Shown here one piece after another: positions 1 through 10,713 of a DNA stretch of 64,000 nucleotides. The position numbers were made by a program, and so were the translations under genes. The first letter of the stretch is position 1; each line of letters starts with the position of its first letter. The stretch comes from the human T2T-CHM13v2.0 reference genome, Homo sapiens. Below the pieces are notes generated by a model. The model ran no database searches. It was not told the DNA's origin and saw only the letters and a program-made list of their open reading frames with translations. Location: the NCBI RefSeq assembly GCF_009914755.1, contig NC_060928.1. One strand, 5' to 3'.

Positions 1-73
1 TTTCTGTTACAGAGCAATTTTAAAACACTCTTTTTGTGGAATCTGAAAGTGGATAATTGGATAGCTTTGTGGA

Positions 74-90
74 TTTCGTTGGAAACGGGA
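74..90 (+). other. Canonical CENP-B box (monomer 1; repeated in each HOR)
   Basis: tTTCGttggAaaCGGGa matches NTTCGNNNNANNCGGGN. Confidence 0.95.
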
Positions 91-411
91 TGACGTATAA
101 AATCTAGAGAGAAGCATTCTCAGGAACTTCTTTCTGATGTTTGCATTCAAGTCACAGAATTGAACATTCCTTTTCATAGTGCAGGTTTGAAACACTCTTT
201 CTGTAGTATCTGGAAGTGGACATTTCAAGCGCTTTCAGGCCTACGGGGAGAAAGGAAATATCTTCAAATAAAAACTAGACAGAAGGATTCTCAGAAACTT
301 ATTTGTGATGTGTGTCCTAAACGAACACAGTTGAACCTTTGTTTTGATACAGCATTTTGGAAACACTCCTTTTGTAGGATCTGCAGGTGGATATTTGGAT
401 AGATTTTAAGA

Positions 412-428
412 TTTCGTTGGAAACGGGA
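412..428 (+). other. Canonical CENP-B box (monomer 3)
   Basis: tttcgttggaaacggga. Confidence 0.95.
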
Positions 429-753
429 GTTTCTTCATAGAAACTCAAGACAGATGCATTCTCAGAAACATCTCTGTGATGTTTGCATTCCACTCATAGA
501 GTTGAAAACTTCCTTTCATAGAGCAGGTTTGAAACACTCTTTTTGTAATATTTGGAAGTGGACATTTGCAGCGCTTTGAGGCCTATGGTGAAAAAGGAAA
601 TATCTTCTCATAAAAACCAGAAACAAGCATTCTCAGAAACTTCTTTTTGATGTGTGTACTCAAGTAACAGAGTTGAACCTTCCTTTTGACACAGCAGTTT
701 TGAAACAATCTTTTTGTAGAATCTGCAAGTGGATATTTGGATAGCTTTGAGGA

Positions 754-770
754 TTTCGTTGGAAACGGGA
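754..770 (+). other. Canonical CENP-B box (monomer 5)
   Basis: tttcgttggaaacggga. Confidence 0.95.
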
Positions 771-923
771 TATCTTCATATAAAATCTAGACAGAAGCAT
801 TCTCAGAAACTTCTTTGTGCTGTATGTCCTCAATTAACAGAGTTGAACCATTGCTTGGATACAGCATTTTGGAAACATTCCTTGAGTAGAATCTGCAAGT
901 TGATATTTAGATAGATTTGAAGA

Positions 924-940
924 TTTCGTTGGAAAAGGGA
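924..940 (+). other. Degenerate CENP-B box (monomer 6)
   Basis: tttcgttggaaaaggga: core CGGG is AGGG in the copies inspected. Confidence 0.9.
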
Positions 941-1265
941 ATATCTCCATATAAAATCTAGAGGGAAGCATTCTCAGAAACTGCTTTGTGATGTTTCCAT
1001 TCAAGTCACAGAGTTGAATATTCCCTTTTATAGAGCACGTTTGAAACACTCTTTCTGCACTATCTGGAAGTGGACATTTCGAGCGCTTTGAGGCCTATGG
1101 TGAAAAAGGAAATATCTTCCCATAAAAACTAGACAGAAGCATTCTCAGAAACTTGTTTGTGATGTGTGTATTCAACTAACAGAGTTGAACTTTTGTTTTT
1201 ACAGAGCCGTTTTAAAACACTCTTTTTGTGGAATCAGAAAGTGGATATTCGGATGGCTCTGAGGA

Positions 1266-1282
1266 TTTCGTTGGAAGCGGGA
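1266..1282 (+). other. Canonical CENP-B box (monomer 8)
   Basis: tttcgttggaagcggga; all nine core bases are retained. Confidence 0.93.
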
Positions 1283-1603
1283 TTACATATAAAATCTAGA
1301 GAGAAGCATTCTCAGGAACTTCTTTGTGATGTTTGCATTGAAGTCACAGAATTGAACATTCACTTTGATAGAGCAGGTTTGAAACACTCATTCTGTAGTA
1401 TCTGGAAGTGGACATTTCAAGCGCTTTCAGGCCTATGGTGAGAAAGGAAATATCTTCGAATAAAAACTAGACAGAAGCATCCTCAGAAACTTATTTGTGA
1501 TGTGTGTCCTCAACTAACAGAGTTGAAACTTTGTTTTGATACAGCATTTTGGAAACACTCTTTTTGTAGAATCTGCAGGTGGATATTTGGATAGCTTAGA
1601 GGG

Positions 1604-1620
1604 ATTCGTTGGAAAGGGGA
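1604..1620 (+). other. Degenerate CENP-B box (monomer 10)
   Basis: attcgttggaaagggga: CGGG is GGGG. Confidence 0.9.
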
Positions 1621-1773
1621 TATCTTCATATAAAATCTAGACAGAAGCATTCTCAGAAACTTATTTGTGATGTGTGTCCTCAACTAACAGAGTTGAACCT
1701 TGGTTTTGATACAGCATTTTGGAAACACTCCTTTTGTAGAATCTGCAGGTGGATATGTGGATAGCTCTGAAGA

Positions 1774-1790
1774 TTTCGTTGGAAACGGGA
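1774..1790 (+). other. Canonical CENP-B box (monomer 11)
   Basis: tttcgttggaaacggga. Confidence 0.95.
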
Positions 1791-2114
1791 ATTTCTTCAT
1801 ATAAAATCAAACAGAAGCATTCTCAGAAACTTCTCAGTGATGTTTGCATTCAGCTCATGGAGTTGAACACTTCCTTTCATAGAGCCGGTTTGAAACACTC
1901 TTTCTGCACTACCTGGAAGAGGACATTTCGAGCGCTTTGAGTCCTATGGTGAAAAAGGAAATATCTTCTCATAAAAACCAGAAAGAAGCATTCTCAGAAA
2001 CTTCTTTGTGTTGTGTGTACTCATGTAACAGTGTTGAACCATCCTTTTGACAGAGCAGTTTTGAAACACTCTTTTTGTAGAATCTGCAAGTGGATATTTG
2101 GATAGCTTTGAGGA

Positions 2115-2131
2115 TTTCGTTGGAAACGGGA
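2115..2131 (+). other. Canonical CENP-B box (monomer 13)
   Basis: tttcgttggaaacggga. Confidence 0.95.
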
Positions 2132-2452
2132 TGACATATAATATCTAGAGAGAAGCATTCTCAGGAACTTCTTTGTGATGTTTGCATTCAAGTCACAGAA
2201 TTGAACATTCCCTTTCATAGAGCAGGTTTGAAACACTCTTTCTCTAGTATCTGGAAGTGGGCATTTCAAGCGCTTTCAGGCCTATGGAGAGAAAGGAAAT
2301 ACCTTCAAATAAAAACTAGACAGAAGCATTCTCAGAAACTTATTTGTGATGTGTGTCCTCAACTAACAGAGTTGAACCTTTGTTTTGATACAGCATTTTG
2401 GAAACACTCCTTTTGTAGAATCTGCAGGTGGATATTTGGATAACTTTGAAGA

Positions 2453-2469
2453 TTTCGTTGGAAACCGGA
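2453..2469 (+). other. Degenerate CENP-B box (monomer 15)
   Basis: tttcgttggaaaccgga: CGGG is CCGG. Confidence 0.88.
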
Positions 2470-2795
2470 ATATCTTCATATAAAATCAAGACAGAAGCAT
2501 TCTCGGAAACATCTCTGTGATGTTTGCATTCAACTCAGTAGAGTTGAACACTTCCTTTCATAGAGCAGGTTTGAAACACTCTTTCTGCACTACCTGGAAG
2601 CGGACATTTCGAGCGCTTTGAGGCCTATGGTGAAAAAGGAAATATCTTCTCATAAAAACCAGAAAGAAGCATTCTCAGAAACTTCTTTGTGTTGTGTGTA
2701 CTCAAGTAACAGTGTTGAACCTTCCTTTTGACACAGCAGTTTTGAAACACTCTTTTGGTAGAATCTGCAAGTGGATATTTGGATAGCTTTGAGGA

Positions 2796-2812
2796 TTTCG
2801 TTGGAAACGGGT
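2796..2812 (+). other. Canonical CENP-B box (monomer 17)
   Basis: tttcgttggaaacgggt; core intact. Confidence 0.92.
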
Positions 2813-2965
2813 TATCTTCATATAAAATCCAGACAGGAGCATTCTCAGAAACTTCTTTGTGCTGCATGTCCTCAATTCACAGAGCTGAACCTTTGTTTGG
2901 ATACAGCATTTTGGAAACATTCCTTTAGTAGAATCTGCAAGTTGATATTTAGATAGCTTTGAAGA

Positions 2966-2982
2966 TTTCGTTGGAAACGGGA
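2966..2982 (+). other. Canonical CENP-B box (monomer 18)
   Basis: tttcgttggaaacggga. Confidence 0.95.
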
Positions 2983-3232
2983 ATATCTTCATAGAAAATC
3001 TAGACGGAAGCATTCTCAGAAACTGCTTTGTGATGTTTGCATTCAAGTCACAGAGTTGAATATTCCCTTTTATAGACTAGGTTTGAAACACTCTTTCGGC
3101 ACTACCTGGAAGTGGATATTTCGAGCTCTTTGAGGCCTATGGTTAAAAGGAAATATCTTCCCATAAAAACTAGACAGAAGCCGTCTCAGAAACTTGTTTG
3201 TGATGTGTGTATTCAACTAACAGAGTTGAACA

Positions 3233-6200
3233 TTTCTGTTACAGAGCAATTTTAAAACACTCTTTTTGTGGAATCTGAAAGTGGATAATTGGATAGCTTT
3301 GTGGATTTCGTTGGAAACGGGATGACGTATAAAATCTAGAGAGAAGCATTCTCAGGAACTTCTTTGTGATGTTTGCATTCAAGTCACAGAATTGAACATT
3401 CCTTTTCATAGTGCAGGTTTGAAACACTCTTTCTGTAGTATCTGGAAGTGGACATTTCAAGCGCTTTCAGGCCTACGGGGAGAAAGGAAATATCTTCAAA
3501 TAAAAACTAGACAGAAGGATTCTCAGAAACTTATTTGTGATGTGTGTCCTAAACGAACACAGTTGAACCTTTGTTTAGATACAGCATTTTGGAAACACTC
3601 CTTTTGTAGGATCTGCAGGTGGATATTTGGATAGATTTTAAGATTTCGTTGGAAACGGGAGTTTCTTCATAGAAACTCAAGACAGATGCATTCTCAGAAA
3701 CATCTCTGTGATGTTTGCATTCCACTCATAGAGTTGAAAACTTCCTTTCATAGAGCAGGTTTGAAACACTCTTTTTGTAATATTTGGAAGTGGACATTTG
3801 CAGCGCTTTGAGGCCTATGGTGAAAAAGGAAATATCTTCTCATAAAAACCAGAAACAAGCATTCTCAGAAACTTCTTTTTGATGTGTGTACTCAAATAAC
3901 AGAGTTGAACCTTCCTTTTGACACAGCAGTTTTGAAACAATCTTTTTGTAGAATCTGCAAGTGGATATTTGGATAGCTTTGAGGATTTCGTTGGAAACGG
4001 GATATCTTCATATAAAATCTAGACAGAAGCATTCTCAGAAACTTCTTTGTGCTGTATGTCCTCAATTAACAGAGTTGAACCATTGCTTGGATACAGCATT
4101 TTGGAAACATTCCTTTAGTAGAATCTGCAAGTTGATATTTAGATAGATTTGAAGATTTCGTTGGAAAAGGGAATATCTCCATATAAAATCTAGACGGAAG
4201 CATTCTCAGAAACTGCTTTGTGATGTTTCCATTCAAGTCACAGAGTTGAATATTCCCTTTTATAGAGCACGTTTGAAACACTCTTTCTGCACTATCTGGA
4301 AGTGGACATTTCGAGCGCTTTGAGGCCTATGGTGAAAAAGGAAATATCTTCCCATAAAAATTAGACAGAAGCATTCTCAGAAACTTGTTTGTGATGTGTG
4401 TATTCAACTAACAGAGTTGAACTTTTGTTTTTACAGAGCCGTTTTAAAACACTCTTTTTGTGGAATCAGAAAGTGGATATTCGGATGGCTCTGAGGATTT
4501 CGTTGGAAGCGGGATTACATATAAAATCTAGAGAGAAGCATTCTCAGGAACTTCTTTGTGATGTTTGCATTGAAGTCACAGAATTGAACATTCACTTTGA
4601 TAGAGCAGGTTTGAAACACTCATTCTGTAGTATCTGGAAGTGGACATTTCAAGCGCTTTCAGGCCTATGGTGAAAAAGGAAATATCTTCGAATAAAAACT
4701 AGACAGAAGCATCCTCAGAAACTTATTTGTGATGTGTGTCCTCAACTAACAGAGTTGAAACTTTGTTTTGATACAGCATTTTGGAAACACTCCTTTTGTA
4801 GAATCTGCAGGTGGATATGTGGATAGCTCTGAAGATTTCGTTGGAAACGGGAATTTCTTCATATAAAATCAAACAGAAGCATTCTCAGAAACTTCTCAGT
4901 GATGTTTGCATTCAGCTCATGGAGTTGAACACTTCCTTTCATAGAGCCGGTTTGAAACACTCTTTCTGCACTACCTGGAAGAGGCCATTTCGAGCGCTTT
5001 GAGTCCTATGGTGAAAAAGGAAATATCTTCTCATAAAAACCAGAAAGAAGCATTCTCAGAAACTTCTTTGTGTTGTGTGTACTCATGTAACAGTGTTGAA
5101 CCATCCTTTTGACAGAGCAGTTTTGAAACACTCTTTTTGTAGAATCTGCAAGTGGATATTTGGATAGATTTGAGGATTTCGTTGGAAACGGGATGACATA
5201 TAATATCTAGAGAGAAGCATTCTCAGGAACTTCTTTGTGCTGTTTGCATTCAAGTCACAGAATTGAACATTCCCTTTCATAGAGCAGATTTGAAACACTC
5301 TTTCTCTAGTATCTGGAAGTGGGCATTTCAAGCGCTTTCAGGCCTATTGAGAGAAAGGAAATACCTTCAAATAAAAACTAGACAGAAGCATTCTCAGAAA
5401 CTTGTTTGTGATGTGTGTATTCAACTAACAGAGTTGAACTTTTGTTTTTACAGAGCCGTTTTAAAACACTCTTTTTGTGGAATCAGAAAGTGGATATTCG
5501 GATGGCTCTGAGGATTTCGTTGGAAGCGGGATTACATATAAAATCTAGAGAGAAGCATTCTCAGGAACTTCTTTGTGATGTTTGCATTGAAGTCACAGAA
5601 TTGAACATTCACTTTGATAGAGCAGGTTTGAAACACTCATTCTGTAGTATCTGGAAGTGGACATTTCAAGCGCTTTCAGGCCTATGGTGAGAAAGGAAAT
5701 ATCTTCGAATAAAAACTAGACAGAAGCATCCTCAGAAACTTATTTGTGATGTGTGTCCTCAACTAACAGAGTTGAAACTTTGTTTTGATACAGCATTTTG
5801 GAAACACTCTTTTTGTAGAATCTGCAGGTGGATATTTGGATAGCTTAGAGGGATTCGTTGGAAAGGGGATATCTTCATATAAAATCTAGACAGAAGCATT
5901 CTCAGAAACTTATTTGTGATGTGTGTCCTCAACTAACAGAGTTGAACCTTGGTTTTGATACAGCATTTTGGAAACACTCCTTTTGTAGAATCTGCAGGTG
6001 GATATGTGGATAGCTCTGAAGATTTCGTTGGAAACGGGAATTTCTTCATATAAAATCAAACAGAAGCATTCTCAGAAACTTCTCAGTGATGTTTGCATTC
6101 AGCTCATGGAGTTGAACACTTCCTTTCATAGAGCCGGTTTGAAACACTCTTTCTGCACTACCTGGAAGAGGACATTTCGAGCGCTTTGAGTCCTATGGTG

Positions 6201-7481
6201 AAAAAGGAAATATCTTCTCATAAAAACCAGAAAGAAGCATTCTCAGAAACTTCTTTGTGTTGTGTGTACTCATGTAACAGTGTTGAACCATCCTTTTGAC
6301 AGAGCAGTTTTGAAACACTCTTTTTGTAGAATCTGCAAGTGGATATTTGGATAGCTTTGAGGATTTCGTTGGAAACGGGATGACATATAATATCTAGAGA
6401 GAAGCATTCTCAGGAACTTCTTTGTGATGTTTGCATTCAAGTCACAGAATTGAACATTCCCTTTCATAGAGCAGGTTTGAAACACTCTTTCTCTAGTATC
6501 TGGAAGTGGGCATTTCAAGCGCTTTCAGGCCTATGGAGAGAAAGGAAATACCTTCAAATAAAAACTAGACAGAAGCATTCTCAGAAACTTATTTGTGATG
6601 TGTGTCCTCAACTAACAGAGTTGAACCTTTGTTTTGATACAGCATTTTGGAAACACTCCTTTTGTAGAATCTGCAGGTGGATATTTGGATAACTTTGAAG
6701 ATTTCGTTGGAAACCGGAATATCTTCATATAAAATCAAGACAGAAGCATTCTCGGAAACATCTCTGTGATGTTTGCATTCAACTCAGTAGAGTTGAACAC
6801 TTCCTTTCATAGAGCAGGTTTGAAACACTCTTTCTGCACTACCTGGAAGCGGACATTTCGAGCGCTTTGAGGCCTATGGTGAAAAAGGAAATATCTTCTC
6901 ATAAAAACCAGAAAGAAGCATTCTCAGAAACTTCTTTGTGTTGTGTGTACTCAAGTAACAGTGTTGAACCTTCCTTTTGACACAGCAGTTTTGAAACACT
7001 CTTTTGGTAGAATCTGCAAGTGGATATTTGGATAGGTTTGAGGATTTCGTTGGAAACGGGTTATCTTCATATAAAATCCAGACAGGAGCATTCTCAGAAA
7101 CTTCTTTGTGCTGCATGTCCTCAATTCACAGAGCTGAACCTTTGTTTGGATACAGCATTTTGGAAACATTCCTTTAGTAGAATCTGCAAGTTGATATTTA
7201 GATAGCTTTGAAGATTTCGTTGGAAACGGGAATATCTTCATAGAAAATCTAGACGGAAGCATTCTCAGAAACTGCTTTGTGATGTTTGCATTCAAGTCAC
7301 AGAGTTGAATATTCCCTTTTATAGAGTAGGTTTGAAACACTCTTTCGGCACTACCTGGAAGTGGATATTTCGAGCTCTTTGAGGCCTATGGTTAAAAGGA
7401 AATATCTTCCCATAAAAACTAGACAGAAGCCGTCTCAGAAACTTGTTTGTGATGTGTGTATTCAACTACCAGAGTTGAACA
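3233..7481 (+). repeat. HOR unit 2: 25-mer variant (4249 bp; monomers 1-9,10/11,12-14,8-19)
   Basis: Anchor spacing is 4249 bp. The monomer-8 ORF occurs twice (4398, 5415; 1017 bp apart). Extra block ~4372-5388. Confidence 0.93.
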
Positions 7482-10400
7482 TTTCTGTTACAGAGCAATT
7501 TTAAAACACTCTTTTTGTGGAATCTGAAAGTGGATAATTGGATAGCTTTGTGGATTTCGTTGGAAACGGGATGACGTATAAAATCTAGAGAGAAGCATTC
7601 TCAGGAACTTCTTTCTGATGTTTGCATTCAAGTCACAGAATTGAACATTCCTTTTCATAGTGCAGGTTTGAAACACTCTTTCTGTAGTATCTGGAAGTGG
7701 ACATTTCAAGCGCTTTCAGGCCTACGGGGAGAAAGGAAATATCTTCAAATAAAAACTAGACAGAAGGATTCTCAGAAACTTATTTGTGATGTGTGTCCTA
7801 AACGAACACAGTTGAACCTTTGTTTTGATACAGCATTTTGGAAACACTCCTTTTGTAGGATCTGCAGGTGGATATTTGGATAGATTTTAAGATTTCGTTG
7901 GAAACGGGAGTTTCTTCATAGAAACTCAAGACAGATGCATTCTCAGAAACATCTCTGTGATGTTTGCATTCCACTCATAGAGTTGAAAACTTCCTTTCAT
8001 AGAGCAGGTTTGAAACACTCTTTTTGTAATATTTGGAAGTGGACATTTGCAGCGCTTTGAGGCCTATGGTGAAAAAGGAAATATCTTCTCATAAAAACCA
8101 GAAACAAGCATTCTCAGAAACTTCTTTTTGATGTGTGTACTCAAGTAACAGAGTTGAACCTTCCTTTTGACACAGCAGTTTTGAAACAATCTTTTTGTAG
8201 AATCTGCAAGTGGATATTTGGATAGCTTTGAGGATTTCGTTGGAAACGGGATATCTTCATATAAAATCTAGACAGAAGCATTCTCAGAAACTTCTTTGTG
8301 CTGTATGTCCTCAATTAACAGAGTTGAACCATTGCTTGGATACAGCATTTTGGAAACATTCCTTGAGTAGAATCTGCAAGTTGATATTTAGATAGATTTG
8401 AAGATTTCGTTGGAAAAGGGAATATCTCCATATAAAATCTAGAGGGAAGCATTCTCAGAAACTGCTTTGTGATGTTTCCATTCAAGTCACAGAGTTGAAT
8501 ATTCCCTTTTATAGAGCACGTTTGAAACACTCTTTCTGCACTATCTGGAAGTGGACATTTCGAGCGCTTTGAGGCCTATGGTGAAAAAGGAAATATCTTC
8601 CCATAAAAACTAGACAGAAGCATTCTCAGAAACTTGTTTGTGATGTGTGTATTCAACTAACAGAGTTGAACTTTTGTTTTTACAGAGCCGTTTTAAAACA
8701 CTCTTTTTGTGGAATCAGAAAGTGGATATTCGGATGGCTCTGAGGATTTCGTTGGAAGCGGGATTACATATAAAATCTAGAGAGAAGCATTCTCAGGAAC
8801 TTCTTTGTGATGTTTGCATTGAAGTCACAGAATTGAACATTCACTTTGATAGAGCAGGTTTGAAACACTCATTCTGTAGTATCTGGAAGTGGACATTTCA
8901 AGCGCTTTCAGGCCTATGGTGAGAAAGGAAATATCTTCGAATAAAAACTAGACAGAAGCATCCTCAGAAACTTATTTGTGATGTGTGTCCTCAACTAACA
9001 GAGTTGAAACTTTGTTTTGATACAGCATTTTGGAAACACTCTTTTTGTAGAATCTGCAGGTGGATATTTGGATAGCTTAGAGGGATTCGTTGGAAAGGGG
9101 ATATCTTCATATAAAATCTAGACAGAAGCATTCTCAGAAACTTATTTGTGATGTGTGTCCTCAACTAACAGAGTTGAACCTTGGTTTTGATACAGCATTT
9201 TGGAAACGCTCCTTTTGTAGAATCTGCAGGTGGATATGTGGATAGCTCTGAAGATTTCGTTGGAAACGGGAATTTCTTCATATAAAATCAAACAGAAGCA
9301 TTCTCAGAAACTTCTCAGTGATGTTTGCATTCAGCTCATGGAGTTGAACACTTCCTTTCATAGAGCCGGTTTGAAACACTCTTTCTGCACTACCTGGAAG
9401 AGGACATTTCGAGCGCTTTGAGTCCTATGGTGAAAAAGGAAATATCTTCTCATAAAAACCAGAAAGAAGCATTCTCAGAAACTTCTTTGTGTTGTGTGTA
9501 CTCATGTAACAGTGTTGAACCATCCTTTTGACAGAGCAGTTTTGAAACACTCTTTTTGTAGAATCTGCAAGTGGATATTTGGATAGCTTTGAGGATTTCG
9601 TTGGAAACGGGATGACATATAATATCTAGAGAGAAGCATTCTCAGGAACTTCTTTGTGATGTTTGCATTCAAGTCACAGAATTGAACATTCCCTTTCATA
9701 GAGCAGGTTTGAAACACTCTTTCTCTAGTATCTGGAAGTGGGCATTTCAAGCGCTTTCAGGCCTATGGAGAGAAAGGAAATACCTTCAAATAAAAACTAG
9801 ACAGAAGCATTCTCAGAAACTTATTTGTGATGTGTGTCCTCAACTAACAGAGTTGAACCTTTGTTTTGATACAGCATTTTGGAAACACTCCTTTTGTAGA
9901 ATCTGCAGGTGGATATTTGGATAACTTTGAAGATTTCGTTGGAAACCGGAATATCTTCATATAAAATCAAGACAGAAGCATTCTCGGAAACATCTCTGTG
10001 ATGTTTGCATTCAACTCAGTAGAGTTGAACACTTCCTTTCATAGAGCAGGTTTGAAACACTCTTTCTGCACTACCTGGAAGCGGACATTTCGAGCGCTTT
10101 GAGGCCTATGGTGAAAAAGGAAATATCTTCTCATAAAAACCAGAAAGAAGCATTCTCAGAAACTTCTTTGTGTTGTGTGTACTCAAGTAACAGTGTTGAA
10201 CCTTCCTTTTGACACAGCAGTTTTGAAACACTCTTTTGGTAGAATCTGCAAGTGGATATTTGGATAGCTTTGAGGATTTCGTTGGAAACGGGTTATCTTC
10301 ATATAAAATCCAGACAGGAGCATTCTCAGAAACTTCTTTGTGCTGCATGTCCTCAATTCACAGAGCTGAACCTTTGTTTGGATACAGCATTTTGGAAACA

Positions 10401-10713
10401 TTCCTTTAGTAGAATCTGCAAGTTGATATTTAGATAGCTTTGAAGATTTCGTTGGAAACGGGAATATCTTCATAGAAAATCTAGACGGAAGCATTCTCAG
10501 AAACTGCTTTGTGATGTTTGCATTCAAGTCACAGAGTTGAATATTCCCTTTTATAGAGTAGGTTTGAAACACTCTTTCGGCACTACCTGGAAGTGGATAT
10601 TTCGAGCTCTTTGAGGCCTATGGTTAAAAGGAAATATCTTCCCATAAAAACTAGACAGAAGCCGTCTCAGAAACTTGTTTGTGATGTGTGTATTCAACTA
10701 CCAGAGTTGAACA
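7482..10713 (+). repeat. HOR unit 3: 19-mer (3232 bp)
   Basis: Anchor ORF 7488 to 10720. Confidence 0.95.

Larger units (their letters stand above)
1..3232 (+). repeat. HOR unit 1: canonical 19-mer (3232 bp)
   Basis: The anchor tttctgttacagagcaatttt at 1 recurs at 3233. I counted 19 monomer starts. Confidence 0.95.

Noticed and set aside
180-240. Short dyads/palindromes (gtttgaaac, aagcgctt, aggcct, tctaga)
   Set aside because: These are ordinary alpha-satellite consensus features. They are too short to support a terminator or special structure call from sequence alone.
776-790. TATA-like catataaaa and AATAAA motifs as promoter or polyA signals
   Set aside because: They are part of the AT-rich monomer consensus and are repeated throughout, with no gene context.
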